Shown: one piece after another, positions 30,201-45,300 of the stretch | Layout: every line of letters starts with the position of its first letter | Numbering within the stretch: position 1 is the first letter of the stretch | Origin: Eledone cirrhosa | Lineage: Eukaryota | Assembly: GCA_964016885.1 (NCBI GenBank) | Contig: OZ024741.1 | Coordinates: 396,490,001 to 396,554,000, forward strand | Reading direction: 5' to 3' | DNA: 64,000 nucleotides | Translations under genes and position numbers: made by a program | The notes under the pieces: generated by a model | Seen by the model: only the letters and a program-made list of their open reading frames with translations | Told to the model about the DNA's origin: nothing | The model's database searches: none

Positions 30201-30949
30201 CAGTCACACCACAAGAGTCAAAGTGCATCAATCAGTTACACCACAAGAGTCAAAGTGCATCAATCAGTTACACCACAAGAGTCAAAGTGCATCAATCAGT
30301 CACACCACAAGGGTCAAAGTGCATCAATCAGTCACACCACAAGGGTGAAAGTGCATCAATCAGTTACACCACAAGAGTCAAAGTGCATCAATCAGTCACA
30401 CCACAAGGGTCAAAGTGCATCAATCAGTTACACCACAAGAGTCAAAGTGCATCAATCAGTCACACCACAAGGGTCAAAGTGCATTAATCAGTCACACCAC
30501 AAGGGTCAAAGTGCATCAATCAGCCACACCACAAGGGTCAAAGTCCATCAATCAGTTACACCACAAGAGTCAAAGTGCATCAATCAGTCACGCCACAAGG
30601 GTCAAAGTGCATCAATCAGTCACACCACAAGAGTCAAAGTGCATCAATCAGTCACACCACAAGGGTCAAAGTGCATCAATCAGTTACACCACAAGAGTCA
30701 AAGTGCATCAATCAGTTACACCACAAGAGTCAAAGTGCATCAATCAGTCACACCACAAGGGTCAAAGTGCATCAATCAGTCACACCACAAGGGTTAAAGT
30801 GCATCAATCAGTCACACCACAAGGGTCAAATACCTTCAATCAGTCACACCACAAGAGTCAAAGTGCATCAATCAGTCACACCACAAGAGTCAAAGTGCAT
30901 CAATCAGTCACACCACAAGGGTCAAATTCCTTCAATCAGTCACACCACA

Positions 30950-31300
30950 AGAGTCAAAGTGCATCAATCAGTCACACCACAAGAGTCAAAGTGCATCAAT
31001 CAGTCAGACCACAAGGGTCAAAATGCATCAATCAGTTACACCACAAGAGTCAAAGTGCATCAATCAGTCACACCACAAGAGTCAAAGTGCATCAATCAGT
31101 CACACCACAAGAGTCAAAGTGCATCAATCAGTCACACCACAAGGGTCAAAGTGCATCAATCAGTCACACCACAAGAGTCAAAGTGCATCAATCAGTCAGA
31201 CCACAAGGGTCAAAATGCATCAATCAGTTACACCACAAGAGTCAAAGTGCATCAATCAGTCACACCACAAGAGTCAAAGTGCATCAATCAGTCACACCAC
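30950..31300 (+). repeat. Local tandem duplication, 192 bp (6 monomers)
   Basis: CAGTCAGACCACAAGGGTCAAAATGCATCAATCAGTTAC occurs at 31001 and 31193. Confidence 0.75.
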
Positions 31301-32221
31301 AAGGGTCAAATTCCTTCAATCAGTCACACCACAAGAGTCAAAGTGCATCAATCAGTCACACCACAAGGGTCAAAGTGCATCAATCAGTCACACCACAAGA
31401 GTCAAAGTGCATCAATCAGTCACACCACAAGAGTCAAAGTGCATCAATCAGTCACACCACAAGGGTCAAATTCCTTAAATCAGTCACACCACAAGGGTCA
31501 AAGTGCATCAATCAGTCACACCACAAGAGTCAAAGTGCATCAATCACTCACACCACAAGAGTCAAAGTGCATCAATCAGTCACACCACAAGGGTCAAAGT
31601 GCATCAATCAGTCACACCACAAGGGTCAAATTCCTTCAATCAGTCACGCCACAAGAGTCAAAGTGCATCAATCAGTCACACCACAAGGGTCAAATTCCTT
31701 CAATCAGTAACACCACAAGGGTCAAATTCCTTCAATCAGTCACACCACAAGAGTCAAAGTGCATCAATCAGTCCCACCACAAGAGTCAAAGTGCATCAAT
31801 CAGTCACACCACAAGAGTCAAAGTGCATCAATCAGTCACACCACAAGGGTCAAAGTGCATCAATCAGTCACACCACAAGGGTCAAAGTGCATCAATCAGT
31901 CACACCACAAGGGTCAAATTCCTTCAATCAGTCACACCACAAGAGTCAAAGTGCATCAATCCGTCACACCACAAGGGTCAAATTCCTTCAATCAGTCACA
32001 CCACAAGAGTCAAAGTGCATCAATCAGTCACACCACAAGAGTCAAAGTGCATCAATCAGTCACACACCAAGGTTCAAATTCCATCAATCAGTCACACCAC
32101 AAGAGTCAAAGTGCATCAATCAGTCACACCATAAGGGTCAAAGTGCATCAATCAGTCACACCACAAGTGTCAAATTCCTTCAATCAGTCACACCACAAGA
32201 GTCAAAGTGCATCAATCAGTT

Positions 32222-35200
32222 ACACCACAAGGGTCAAAGTGCATCAATCAGTCACACCACAAGGGTCAAAGTGCATCCATCAGTCACACCACAAGGGTCA
32301 AATTCCTTCAATCAGTCACACCACAAGAGTCAAAGTGCATCAATCAGTCACACCACAAGAGTCAAAGTGCATCAATCAGTCACACCACAAGGGTCAAATT
32401 CCTTCAATCAGTCACACCACAAGAGTCAAAGTGCATCAATCAGTCACACCACAAGGGTCAAATTCCTTCAATCAGTCACACCACAAGAGTCAAAGTGCAT
32501 CAATCAGTCACACCACAAGAGTCAAAGTGCATCAATCAGTCACACCACAAGGGTCAAAGTGAATCAATCAGCCACACCACAAGGGTCAAAGTGCATCAAT
32601 CAGTCACACCACAAGAGTCAAAGTGGATCAATCAGTCACACCACAAGAATCAAAGTGCATCAATCAGTCACACCACAAGGGTCAAAGTGCATCAATCAGT
32701 CACACCACAAGGGTCAAATTCCTTCAATCAGTCACACCACAAGGGTCAAAGTGCATCAATCAGTCACACCACAAGAGTCAAAGTGCATCAATCAGTTACA
32801 CCACAAGGGTCAAATTCCTTCAATCAGTCACACCACAAGAGTCAAAGTGCATCAATCAGTCACACCACAAGGGTCAAAGTGCATCAATCAGTCACACCAC
32901 AAGGGTCAAAGTGCATCAATCACTCACACCACAATGGTCAAAGTGCATCAATCAGTCACACCACAAGGGTCAAAGTGCATCAATCAGTCACACCACAAGA
33001 GTCAAAGTGCATCAATCAGTCACACCACAAGGGTCAAAGTGCATCAATCAGTCACACCACAAGGATCAAAGGGCATCAATCAGTCACACCACAAGGGTCA
33101 AACTGCATCAATCAGTCACACCACAAGAGTCAAAGTGCATCAATCAGTCACACCACAAGGGTCAAATTCCTTCAATCAGTCACACCACAAGAGTCAAAGT
33201 GCATCAATCAGTCACACCACAAGGGTCAAAGTGCATCAATCAGTCACACCACAAGGGTCAAAGTGCATCAATCAGTCAAACCACAAGGGTCAAATTCCTT
33301 CAATCAGTCACACCACAAGAGTCAAAGTGCATCAATCAGTCACACCACAAGAGTCAAAGTGCATCAATCAGTCGCACCACAAGGGTCAAATTCCTTCAAT
33401 CAGTCACACCACAAGAGTCAAAGTGCATCAATCAGTCACACCACAAGGGTCAAATTCCTTCAATCAGTCACACCACAAGAGTCAAAGTGCATCAATCAGT
33501 CACACCACAAGGGTCAAAGTGCATCAATCAGCCACACCACAAGGGTCAAAGTGCATCAATCAGTCACACCACAAGAGTCAAAGTGCATCAATCAGTCACA
33601 CCACAAGAGTCAAAGTGCATCAATCAGTCACACCACAAGGGTCAAAGTGCATCAATCAGTCACACCACAAGGGTCAAATTCCTTCAATCAGTCACACCAC
33701 AAGAGTCAAAGTGCATCAATCAGTCACACCACAAAAGTCAAAGTGCATCAATCAGTTACACCACAAGGGTCAAATTCCTTCAATCAGTCACACCACAAGA
33801 GTCAAAGTGCATCAATCAGTCACACCACAAGGGTCAAAGTGCATCAATCAGTCACACCACAAGGGTCAAAGTGCATGAATCATTCACACCACAAGGGTCA
33901 AAATGCATCAATCAGTCACACCACAAGGGTCAAAGTGCATCAATCAGTCACACCACAAGGGTCAAAGTGCATCCATCAGTCACACCACAAGGGTCAAATT
34001 CCTTCAATCAGTCACACCACAAGAGTCAAAGTGCATCAATCAGTCACACCACAAGAGTCAAAGTGCATCAATCAGTCACACCACAAGGGTCAAATTCCTT
34101 CAATCAGTCACACCACAAGAGTCAAAGTGCATCAATCAGTCACACCACAAGGGTCAAATTCCTTCAATCAGTCACACCACAAGAGTCAAAGTGCATCAAT
34201 CAGTCACACCACAAGAGTCAAAGTGCATCAATCAGTCACACCACAAGGGTCAAAGTGAATCAATCAGCCACACCACAAGGGTCAAAGTGCATCGATCAGT
34301 CACACCACAAGAGTCAAAGTGGATCAATCAGTCACACCACAAGAATCAAAGTGCATCAATCAGTCACACCACAAGGGTCAAAGTGCATCAATCAGTCACA
34401 CCACAAGGGTCAAATTCCTTCAATCAGTCACACCACAAGGGTCAAAGTGCATCAATCAGTCACACCACAAGAGTCAAAGTGCATCAATCAGTTACACCAC
34501 AAGGGTCAAATTCCTTCAATCAGTCACACCACAAGAGTCAAAGTGCATCAATCAGTCACACCACAAGGGTCAAAGTGCATCAATCAGTCACACCACAAGG
34601 GTCAAAGTGCATCAATCACTCACACCACAATGGTCAAAGTGCATCAATCAGTCACACCACAAGGGTCAAAGTGCATCAATCAGTCACACCACAAGAGTCA
34701 AAGTGCATCAATCAGTCACACCACAAGGGTCAAAGTGCATCAATCAGTCACACCACAAGGATCAAAGGGCATCAATCAGTCACACCACAAGGGTCAAACT
34801 GCATCAATCAGTCACACCACAAGAGTCAAAGTGCATCAATCAGTCACACCACAAGGGTCAAATTCCTTCAATCAGTCACACCACAAGAGTCAAAGTGCAT
34901 CAATCAGTCACACCACAAGGGTCAAAGTGCATCAATCAGTCACACCACAAGGGTCAAAGTGCATCAATCAGTCAAACCACAAGGGTCAAATTCCTTCAAT
35001 CAGTCACACCACAAGAGTCAAAGTGCATCAATCAGTCACACCACAAGAGTCAAAGTGCATCAATCAGTCGCACCACAAGGGTCAAATTCCTTCAATCAGT
35101 CACACCACAAGAGTCAAAGTGCATCAATCAGTCACACCACAAGGGTCAAATTCCTTCAATCAGTCACACCACAAGAGTCAAAGTGCATCAATCAGTCACA

Positions 35201-35655
35201 CCACAAGGGTCAAAGTGCATCAATCAGCCACACCACAAGGGTCAAAGTGCATCAATCAGTCACACCACAAGAGTCAAAGTGCATCAATCAGTCACACCAC
35301 AAGAGTCAAAGTGCATCAATCAGTCACACCACAAGGGTCAAAGTGCATCAATCAGTCACACCACAAGGGTCAAATTCCTTCAATCAGTCACACCACAAGA
35401 GTCAAAGTGCATCAATCAGTCACACCACAAAAGTCAAAGTGCATCAATCAGTTACACCACAAGGGTCAAATTCCTTCAATCAGTCACACCACAAGAGTCA
35501 AAGTGCATCAATCAGTCACACCACAAGGGTCAAAGTGCATCAATCAGTCACACCACAAGGGTCAAAGTGCATGAATCATTCACACCACAAGGGTCAAAAT
35601 GCATCAATCAGTCACACCACAAGGGTCAAAGTGCATCAATCAGTCACACCACAAG
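32222..35655 (+). repeat. Tandem higher-order duplication, period 1696 bp (exactly 53 monomers), two copies
   Basis: ORF starts 32207/33903 and 32623/34319, and ends 32562/34258 and 33878/35574. Variants GCATCCATC, GTGAATC, CACTCACACCACAATGG, AAGGATCAAAGGGC and GTCAAACC appear in the same order. Confidence 0.92.
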
Positions 35656-38600
35656 AGTCAAAGTGCATCAATCAGTCACACCACAAGGGTCAAAGTGCAT
35701 CAATCAGTCACACCACAAGGGTCAAAGTGCATCAATCAGTCACACCACAAGAGTCAAAGTGCATCAATCAGTCACACCACAAGAGTCAAAGTGCATCAAT
35801 CAGTCACACCACAAGGGTCAAATTCCTTCAATCAGTCACACCACAAGAGTCAAAGTGCATCAATGAGTCACACCACAAGGGTCGAAGTGCATCAATCAGT
35901 CACACCACAAGGGTCAAAGTGTTTCAATCAGTCACACCACAAGGGTCAAAGTGCATCAATCAGTCACACCACAAGGGTCAAAGTGTTTCAATCAGTCACA
36001 CCACAAGAGTCAAAGTGCATCAATCAGTCACACCACAAGGGTCAAAGTGCATCAATCAGTCACACCACAAGGGTCAAAGTGCATCAATCAGTTACACCAC
36101 AAGAGTCAAAGTGCATCAATCAGTCACACCACAAGAGTCAAAGTGCATCAATCAGTCACACCACAAGAGTCGAAGTGAATCAATCAGTCACACCACAAGG
36201 TCAAAGTGCATCAATCAGTCACACCACAAGAGTCAAAGTGCATCAATCAGTCACACCACAAGTGTCAAATTCCTTCAATCAGTCACACCACAAGAGTCAA
36301 AGTGCATCAATCAGTCACAACACAAGAGTCAAAGTGCATCAATCAGTCACACCACAAGGGTCAAAGTGCATCAATCAGTCACACCACAAGGGTCAAAGTG
36401 CATCAATCAGTCACACCACAAGGGTCAAAGTGCATCAATCACTCACACCACAATGGTCAAAGTGCATCAATCAGTCACACCACAAGGGTCAAAGTGCATC
36501 AATCAGTCACACCACAAGAGTCAAAATGCATCAATCAGTCACACCACAAGGGTCAAAGTGCATCAATCAGTCACACCACAAGGATCAAAGGGCATCAATC
36601 AGTCACACCACAAGGGTCAAACTGCATCAATCAGTCACACCACAAGGGTCAAATTCCTTCAATCAGTCACACCACAAGAGTCAAAGTGCATCAATCAGTC
36701 ACACCACAAGGGTCAAAGTGCATCAATCTGTCACACCACAAGGGTCAAAGTGCATCAATCAGTCAAACCACAAGGGTCAAATTCCTTCAATCAGTCACAC
36801 CACAAGAGTCAAAGTGCATCAATCAGTCACACCACAAGAGTCAAAGTGCATCAATCAGTCGCACCACAAGGGTCAAATTCCTTCAATCAGTCACACCACA
36901 AGAGTCAAAGTGCATCAATCAGTCACACCACAAGGGTCAAATTCCTTCAATCAGTCACACCACAAGAGTCAAAATGCATCAATCAGTCACACCACAAGGG
37001 TCAAAGTGCATCAATCAGCCACACCACAAGGGTCAAAGTGCATCAATCAGTCACACCACAAGAGTCAAAGTGCATCAATCAGTCACACCACAAGAGTCAA
37101 AGTGCATCAATCAGTCACACCACAAGGGTCAAAGTGCATCAATCAGTCACACCACAAGGGTCAAATTCCTTCAATCAGTCACACCACAAGAGTCAAAGTG
37201 CATCAATCAGTCACACCACAAAAGTCAAAATGCATCAATCAGTTACACCACAAGGGTCAAATTCCTTCAATCAGTCACACCACAAGAGTCAAAGTGCATC
37301 AATCAGTCACACCACAAGGGTCAAAGTGCATCAATCAGTCACACCACAAGGGTCAAAGTGCATGAATCATTCACACCACAAGGGTCAAAATGCATCAATC
37401 AGTCACACCACAAGGGTCAAAGTGCATCAATCAGTCACACCACAAGAGTCAAGGTGCATCAATCAGTCACACCACAAGGGTCAAAGTGCATCAATCAGTC
37501 ACACCACAAGGGTCAAAGTGCATCAATCAGTCACACCACAAGGGTCAAAGTGCATCAATCAGTCACACCACAAGAGTCAAAGTGCATCAATCAGTCACAC
37601 CACAAGGGTCAAATTCCTTCAATCAGTCACACCACAAGAGTCAAAGTGCATCAATGAGTCACACCACAAGGGTCGAAGTGCATCAATCAGTCACACCACA
37701 AGGGTCAAAGTGTTTCAATCAGTCACACCACAAGGGTCAAAGTGCATCAATCAGTCACACCACAAGGGTCAAAGTGTTTCAATCAGTCACACCACAAGAG
37801 TCAAAGTGCATCAATCAGTCACACCACAAGGGTCAAAGTGCATCAATCAGTCACACCACAAGGGTCAAAGTGCATCAATCAGTTACACCACAAGAGTCAA
37901 AGTGCATCAATCAGTCACACCACAAGAGTCAAAGTGCATCAATCAGTCACACCACAAGAGTCGAAGTGAATCAATCAGTCACACCACAAGGTCAAAGTGC
38001 ATCAATCAGTCACACCACAAGAGTCAAAGTGCATCAATCAGTCACACCACAAGGGTCAAATTCCTTCAATCAGTCACACCACAAGAGTCAAAGTGCATCA
38101 ATCAGTCACAACACAAGAGTCAAAGTGCATCAATCAGTCACACCACAAGGGTCAAATTCCTTCAATCAGTCACACCACAAGAGTCAAAGTGCATCAATCA
38201 GTCACACCACAAGAGTCAAAGTGCATCAATCAGTCACACCACAAGGGTCAAAGTGCATCAATCAGTCACACCACCAGGGTCAAATTCCTTCAATCAGTCA
38301 CACCACAAGGGTCAAATTCCTTCAATCAGTCACACCACAAGAGTCAAAGTGCATCAATCAGTCACACCACGAGGGTCAAAGTGCATCAATCAGTTACAGC
38401 ACAAGAGTCAAAGTGCATCAATCAGTCACACCACAAGAGTCAAAGTGCATCAATCAGTCACACCACAAGAGTCAAAGTGCATCAATCAGTCACACCACAA
38501 GGGTCAAAGTGCATCAATCAGTCACACCACAACAGTCAAAGTGCATCAATAAGTCACACCACAAGGGTCAAATTCCTTCAATCAGTCACACCACAAGAGC

Positions 38601-41600
38601 CAAAGTGCATCAATCAGTCACACCACAAGGGTCAAAGTGCATCAATCAGTCACAACACAAGAGTCAAAGTGTTTCAATCAGTCACACCACAAGGGTCAAA
38701 GTGCATCAATCAGTCACACCACAAGGGTCAAAGTGTTTCAATCAGTCACACCACAAGGGTCAAAGTGCATCAATCAGCCACACCACAAGGGTCAAAGTGC
38801 ATCAATCAGTCACACCACAAGAGTCAAAGTGCATCAATCAGTCACACCACAAGAGTCAAAGTGCATCAATCAGTCACACCACAAGGGTCAAAGTGCATCA
38901 ATCAGTCACACCACAAGGGTCAAATTCCTTCAATCAGTCACACCACAAGAGTCAAAGTGCATCAATCAGTCACACCACAAAAGTCAAAGTGCATCAATCA
39001 GTTACACCACAAGGGTCAAATTCCTTCAATCAGTCACACCACAAGAGTCAAAGTGCATCAATCAGTCACACCACAAGGGTCAAAGTGCATCAATCAGTCA
39101 CACCACAAGGGTCAAAGTGCATGAATCATTCACACCACAAGGGTCAAAATGCATCAATCAGTCACACCACAAGGGTCAAAGTGCATCAATCAGTCACACC
39201 ACAAGAGTCAAAGTGCATCAATCAGTCACACCACAAGGGTCAAAGTGCATCAATCAGTCACACCACAAGGGTCAAAGTGCATCAATCAGTCACACCACAA
39301 GAGTCAAAGTGCATCAATCAGTCACACCACAAGAGTCAAAGTGCATCAATCAGTCACACCACAAGGATCAAAGGGCATCAATCAGTCACACCACAAGAGT
39401 CAAAGTGCATCAATGAGTCACACCACAAGGGTCGAAATGCATCAATCAGTCACACCACAAGGGTCAAAGTGTTTCAATCAGTCACACCACAAGGGTCAAA
39501 GTGCATCAATCAGTCACACCACAAGGGTCAAAGTGTTTCAATCAGTCACACCACAAGAGTCAAAGTGCATCAATCAGTCACACCACAAGGGTCAAAGTGC
39601 ATCAATCAGTCACACCACAAGGGTCAAAGTGCATCAATCAGTTACACCACAAGAGTCAAAGTGCATCAATCAGTCACACCACAAGAGTCAAAGTGCATCA
39701 ATCAGTCACACCACAAGAGTCGAAGTGAATCAATCAGTCACACCACAAGGTCAAAGTGCATCAATCAGTCACACCACAAGAGTCAAAGTGCATCAATCAG
39801 TCACACCACAAGGGTCAAATTCCTTCAATCAGTCACACCACAAGAGTCAAAGTGCATCAATCAGTCACAACACAAGAGTCAAAGTGCATCAATCAGTCAC
39901 ACCACAAGGGTCAAAGTGCATCAATCAGTCACACCACAAGGGTCAAAGTGCATCAATCAGTCACACCACAAGGGTCAAAGTGCATCAATCACTCACACCA
40001 CAATGGTCAAAGTGCATCAATCAGTCACACCACAAGGGTCAAAGTGCATCAATCAGTCACACCACAAGAGTCAAAGTGCATCAATCAGTCACACCACAAG
40101 GGTCAAAGTGCATCAATCAGTCACACCACAAGGATCAAAGGGCATCAATCAGTCACACCACAAGGGTCAAACTGCATCAATCAGTCACACCACAAGGGTC
40201 AAATTCCTTCAATCAGTCACACCACAAGAGTCAAAGTGCATCAATCAGTCACACCACAAGGGTCAAAGTGCATCAATCAGTCACACCACAAGGGTCAAAG
40301 TGCATCAATCAGTCAAACCACAAGGGTCAAATTCCTTCAATCAGTCACACCACAAGAGTCAAAGTGCATCAATCAGTCACACCACAAGAGTCAAAGTGCA
40401 TCAATCAGTCGCACCACAAGGGTCAAATTCCTTCAATCAGTCACACCACAAGAGTCAAAGTGCATCAATCAGTCACACCACAAGGGTCAAATTCCTTCAA
40501 TCAGTCACACCACAAGAGTCAAAATGCATCAATCAGTCACACCACAAGGGTCAAAGTGCATCAATCAGCCACACCACAAGGGTCAAAGTGCATCAATCAG
40601 TCACACCACAAGAGTCAAAGTGCATCAATCAGTCACACCACAAGAGTCAAAGTGCATCAATCAGTCACACCACAAGGGTCAAAGTGCATCAATCAGTCAC
40701 ACCACAAGGGTCAAATTCCTTCAATCAGTCACACCACAAGAGTCAAAGTGCATCAATCAGTCACACCACAAAAGTCAAAGTGCATCAATCAGTTACACCA
40801 CAAGGGTCAAATTCCTTCAATCAGTCACACCACAAGAGTCAAAGTGCATCAATCAGTCACACCACAAGGGTCAAAGTGCATCAATCAGTCACACCACAAG
40901 GGTCAAAGTGCATGAATCATTCACACCACAAGGGTCAAAATGCATCAATCAGTCACACCACAAGGGTCAAAGTGCATCAATCAGTCACACCACAAGAGTC
41001 AAAGTGCATCAATCAGTCACACCACAAGGGTCAAAGTGCATCAATCAGTCACACCACAAGGGTCAAAGTGCATCAATCAGTCACACCACAAGGGTCAAAG
41101 TGCATCAATCAGTCACACCACAAGAGTCAAAGTGCATCAATCAGTCACACCACAAGGGTCAAATTCCTTCAATCAGTCACACCACAAGAGTCAAAGTGCA
41201 TCAATGAGTCACACCACAAGGGTCGAAGTGCATCAATCAGTCACACCACAAGGGTCAAAGTGTTTCAATCAGTCACACCACAAGGGTCAAAGTGCATCAA
41301 TCAGTCACACCACAAGGGTCAAAGTGTTTCAATCAGTCACACCACAAGAGTCAAAGTGCATCAATCAGTCACACCACAAGGGTCAAAGTGCATCAATCAG
41401 TCACACCACAAGGGTCAAAGTGCATCAATCAGTTACACCACAAGAGTCAAAGTGCATCAATCAGTCACACCACAAGAGTCAAAGTGCATCAATCAGTCAC
41501 ACCACAAGAGTCGAAGTGAATCAATCAGTCACACCACAAGGTCAAAGTGCATCAATCAGTCACACCACAAGAGTCAAAGTGCATCAATCAGTCACACCAC

Positions 41601-42300
41601 AAGGGTCAAATTCCTTCAATCAGTCACACCACAAGAGTCAAAGTGCATCAATCAGTCACAACACAAGAGTCAAAGTGCATCAATCAGTCACACCACAAGG
41701 GTCAAATTCCTTCAATCAGTCACACCACAAGAGTCAAAGTGCATCAATCAGTCACACCACAAGAGTCAAAGTGCATCAATCAGTCACACCACAAGGGTCA
41801 AAGTGCATCAATCAGTCACACCACCAGGGTCAAATTCCTTCAATCAGTCACACCACAAGGGTCAAATTCCTTCAATCAGTCACACCACAAGAGTCAAAGT
41901 GCATCAATCAGTCACACCACGAGGGTCAAAGTGCATCAATCAGTTACAGCACAAGAGTCAAAGTGCATCAATCAGTCACACCACAAGAGTCAAAGTGCAT
42001 CAATCAGTCACACCACAAGAGTCAAAGTGCATCAATCAGTCACACCACAAGGGTCAAAGTGCATCAATCAGTCACACCACAACAGTCAAAGTGCATCAAT
42101 AAGTCACACCACAAGGGTCAAATTCCTTCAATCAGTCACACCACAAGAGCCAAAGTGCATCAATCAGTCACACCACAAGGGTCAAAGTGCATCAATCAGT
42201 CACACCACAAGAGTCAAAGTGTTTCAATCAGTCACACCACAAGGGTCAAAGTGCATCAATCAGTCACACCACAAGGGTCAAAGTGTTTCAATCAGTCACA
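35188..42300 (+). repeat. Tandem higher-order duplication, period 3550 bp (111 monomers minus 2 bp), built from related 1791- and 1759-bp subunits
   Basis: ORF pairs 35599..37365/39149..40915, 36206/39756, 37390/40940 and 37997/41547 are offset 3550. The same 75-aa ORF recurs at 35951, 37742, 39501 and 41292 (spacings 1791, 1759, 1791). Confidence 0.9.
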
Positions 42301-45300
42301 CCACTAGGGTCAAAGTGCATCAATCAGTCACACCACAAGAGTCAAAGTGCATCAATCAGTCACACCACAAGGGTCAAAGTGCATCAATCAGTCACACCAC
42401 AAGAGTCAAAGTGTTTCAATAAGTCACACCACAAGGGTCAAAGTGCATCAATCAGTCACACCACAAGGGTCAAAGTGCATCAATCAGTCACATCACAAGA
42501 GTCAAAGTGTTTCAATCAGTCACACCACAAGGGTCAAAGTGCATCAATCAGTCACACCACAAGGGTCAAAGTGCATCAATCAGTCACACCACAAGGGTCA
42601 AAGTGCATCAATCAGTCACACCACAAGGGTCAAATTCCTTCAATCAGTCACACCACAAGGGTCAAAGTGCATCAATCAGTCACACCACAAGGGTCAAAGT
42701 GCATCAATCAGTCACACCACAAGGGTCAAATTCCTTCAATCAGTCACACCACAAGGGTCAAATTCCTTCAATCAGTCACACCACAAGAGTCAAAGTGCAT
42801 CAATCAGTCACACCACAAGGGTCAAAGTGCATCAATCAGTCACACCACAAGGGTCAAATTCCTTCAATCAGTCACACCACAAGAGTCAAAGTGCATCAAT
42901 CAGTCACACCACAAAAGTCAAAGTGCATCAATCAGTTACACCACAAGGGTCAAATTCCTTCAATCAGTCACACCACAAGAGTCAAAGTGCATCAATCAGT
43001 CACACCACAAGGGTCAAAGTGCATCAATCAGTCACACCACAAGGGTCAAAGTGCATGAATCATTCACACCACAAGGGTCAAAATGCATCAATCAGTCACA
43101 CCACAAGGGTCAAAGTGCATCAATCAGTCACACCACAAGAGTCAAAGTGCATCAATCAGTCACACCACAAGGGTCAAAGTGCATCAATCAGTCACACCAC
43201 AAGGGTCAAAGTGCATCAATCAGTCACACCACAAGGGTCAAAGTGCATCAATCAGTCACACCACAAGAGTCAAAGTGCATCAATCAGTCACACCACAAGG
43301 GTCAAATTCCTTCAATCAGTCACACCACAAGAGTCAAAGTGCATCAATGAGTCACACCACAAGGGTCGAAGTGCATCAATCAGTCACACCACAAGGGTCA
43401 AAGTGTTTCAATCAGTCACACCACAAGGGTCAAAGTGCATCAATCAGTCACACCACAAGGGTCAAAGTGTTTCAATCAGTCACACCACAAGAGTCAAAGT
43501 GCATCAATCAGTCACACCACAAGGGTCAAAGTGCATCAATCAGTCACACCACAAGGGTCAAAGTGCATCAATCAGTTACACCACAAGAGTCAAAGTGCAT
43601 CAATCAGTCACACCACAAGAGTCAAAGTGCATCAATCAGTCACACCACAAGAGTCGAAGTGAATCAATCAGTCACACCACAAGGTCAAAGTGCATCAATC
43701 AGTCACACCACAAGAGTCAAAGTGCATCAATCAGTCACACCACAAGGGTCAAATTCCTTCAATCAGTCACACCACAAGAGTCAAAGTGCATCAATCAGTC
43801 ACAACACAAGAGTCAAAGTGCATCAATCAGTCACACCACAAGGATCAAATTCCTTCAATCAGTCACACCACAAGAGTCAAAGTGCATCAATCAGTCACAC
43901 CACAAGAGTCAAAGTGCATCAATCAGTCACACCACAAGGGTCAAAGTGCATCAATCAGTCACACCACCAGGGTCAAATTCCTTCAATCAGTCACACCACA
44001 AGGGTCAAATTCCTTCAATCAGTCACACCACAAGAGTCAAAGTGCATCAATCAGTCACACCACGAGGGTCAAAGTGCATCAATCAGTTACAGCACAAGAG
44101 TCAAAGTGCATCAATCAGTCACACCACAAGAGTCAAAGTGCATCAATCAGTCACACCACAAGAGTCAAAGTGCATCAATCAGTCACACCATAAGGGTCAA
44201 AGTGCATCAATCAGTCACACCACAACAGTCAAAGTGCATCAATAAGTCACACCACAAGGGTCAAATTCCTTCAATCAGTCACACCACAAGAGCCAAAGTG
44301 CATCAATCAGTCACACCACAAGGGTCAAAGTGCATCAATCAGTCACACCACAAGAGTCAAAGTGTTTCAATCAGTCACACCACAAGGGTCAAAGTGCATC
44401 AATCAGTCACACCACAAGGGTCAAAGTGTTTCAATCAGTCACACCACAAGGGTCAAAGTGCATCAATCAGTCACACCACAAGAGTCAAAGTGCATCAATC
44501 AGTCACACCACAAGGGTCAAAGTGCATCAATCAGTCACACCACAAGAGTCAAAGTGTTTCAATAAGTCACACCACAAGGGTCAAAGTGCATCAATCAGTC
44601 ACACCACAAGGGTCAAAGTGCATCAATCAGTCACATCACAAGAGTCAAAGTGTTTCAATCAGTCACACCACAAGGGTCAAAGTGCATCAATCAGTCACAC
44701 CACAAGGGTCAAAGTGCATCAATCAGTCACACCACAAGGGTCAAAGTGCATCAATCAGTCACACCACAAGGCTCAAATTCCTTCAATCAGTCACACCACA
44801 AGGGTCAAAGTGCATCAATCAGTCACACCACAAGGGTCAAAGTGCATCAATCAGTCACACCACAAGGGTCAAATTCCTTCAATCAGTCACACCACAAGGG
44901 TCAAATTCCTTCAATCAGTCACACCACAAGAGTCAAAGTGCATCAATCAGTCACACCACAAGGGTTAAAGTGCATCAATCAGTTACACCACAAGAGTCAA
45001 AGTGCATCAATCAGTCACACCACAAGAGTCAAAGTGCATCAATCAGTCACACCACAAGGGTCAAAGTGCATCAATCAGTCACACCACAACAGTCAAAGTG
45101 CATCAATAAGTCACACCACAAGGGTCAAATTCCTTCAATCAGTCACACCACAAGAGCCAAAGTGCATCAATCAGTCACACCACAAGAGTCAAAGTGCATC
45201 AATCAGTCACACCACAAGGGTCAAATCCTTCAATCAGTCACACCACAAGAATCAAAGTGCATCAATCAGTCACACCACAAGAGTCAAAGTGCATCAATCA

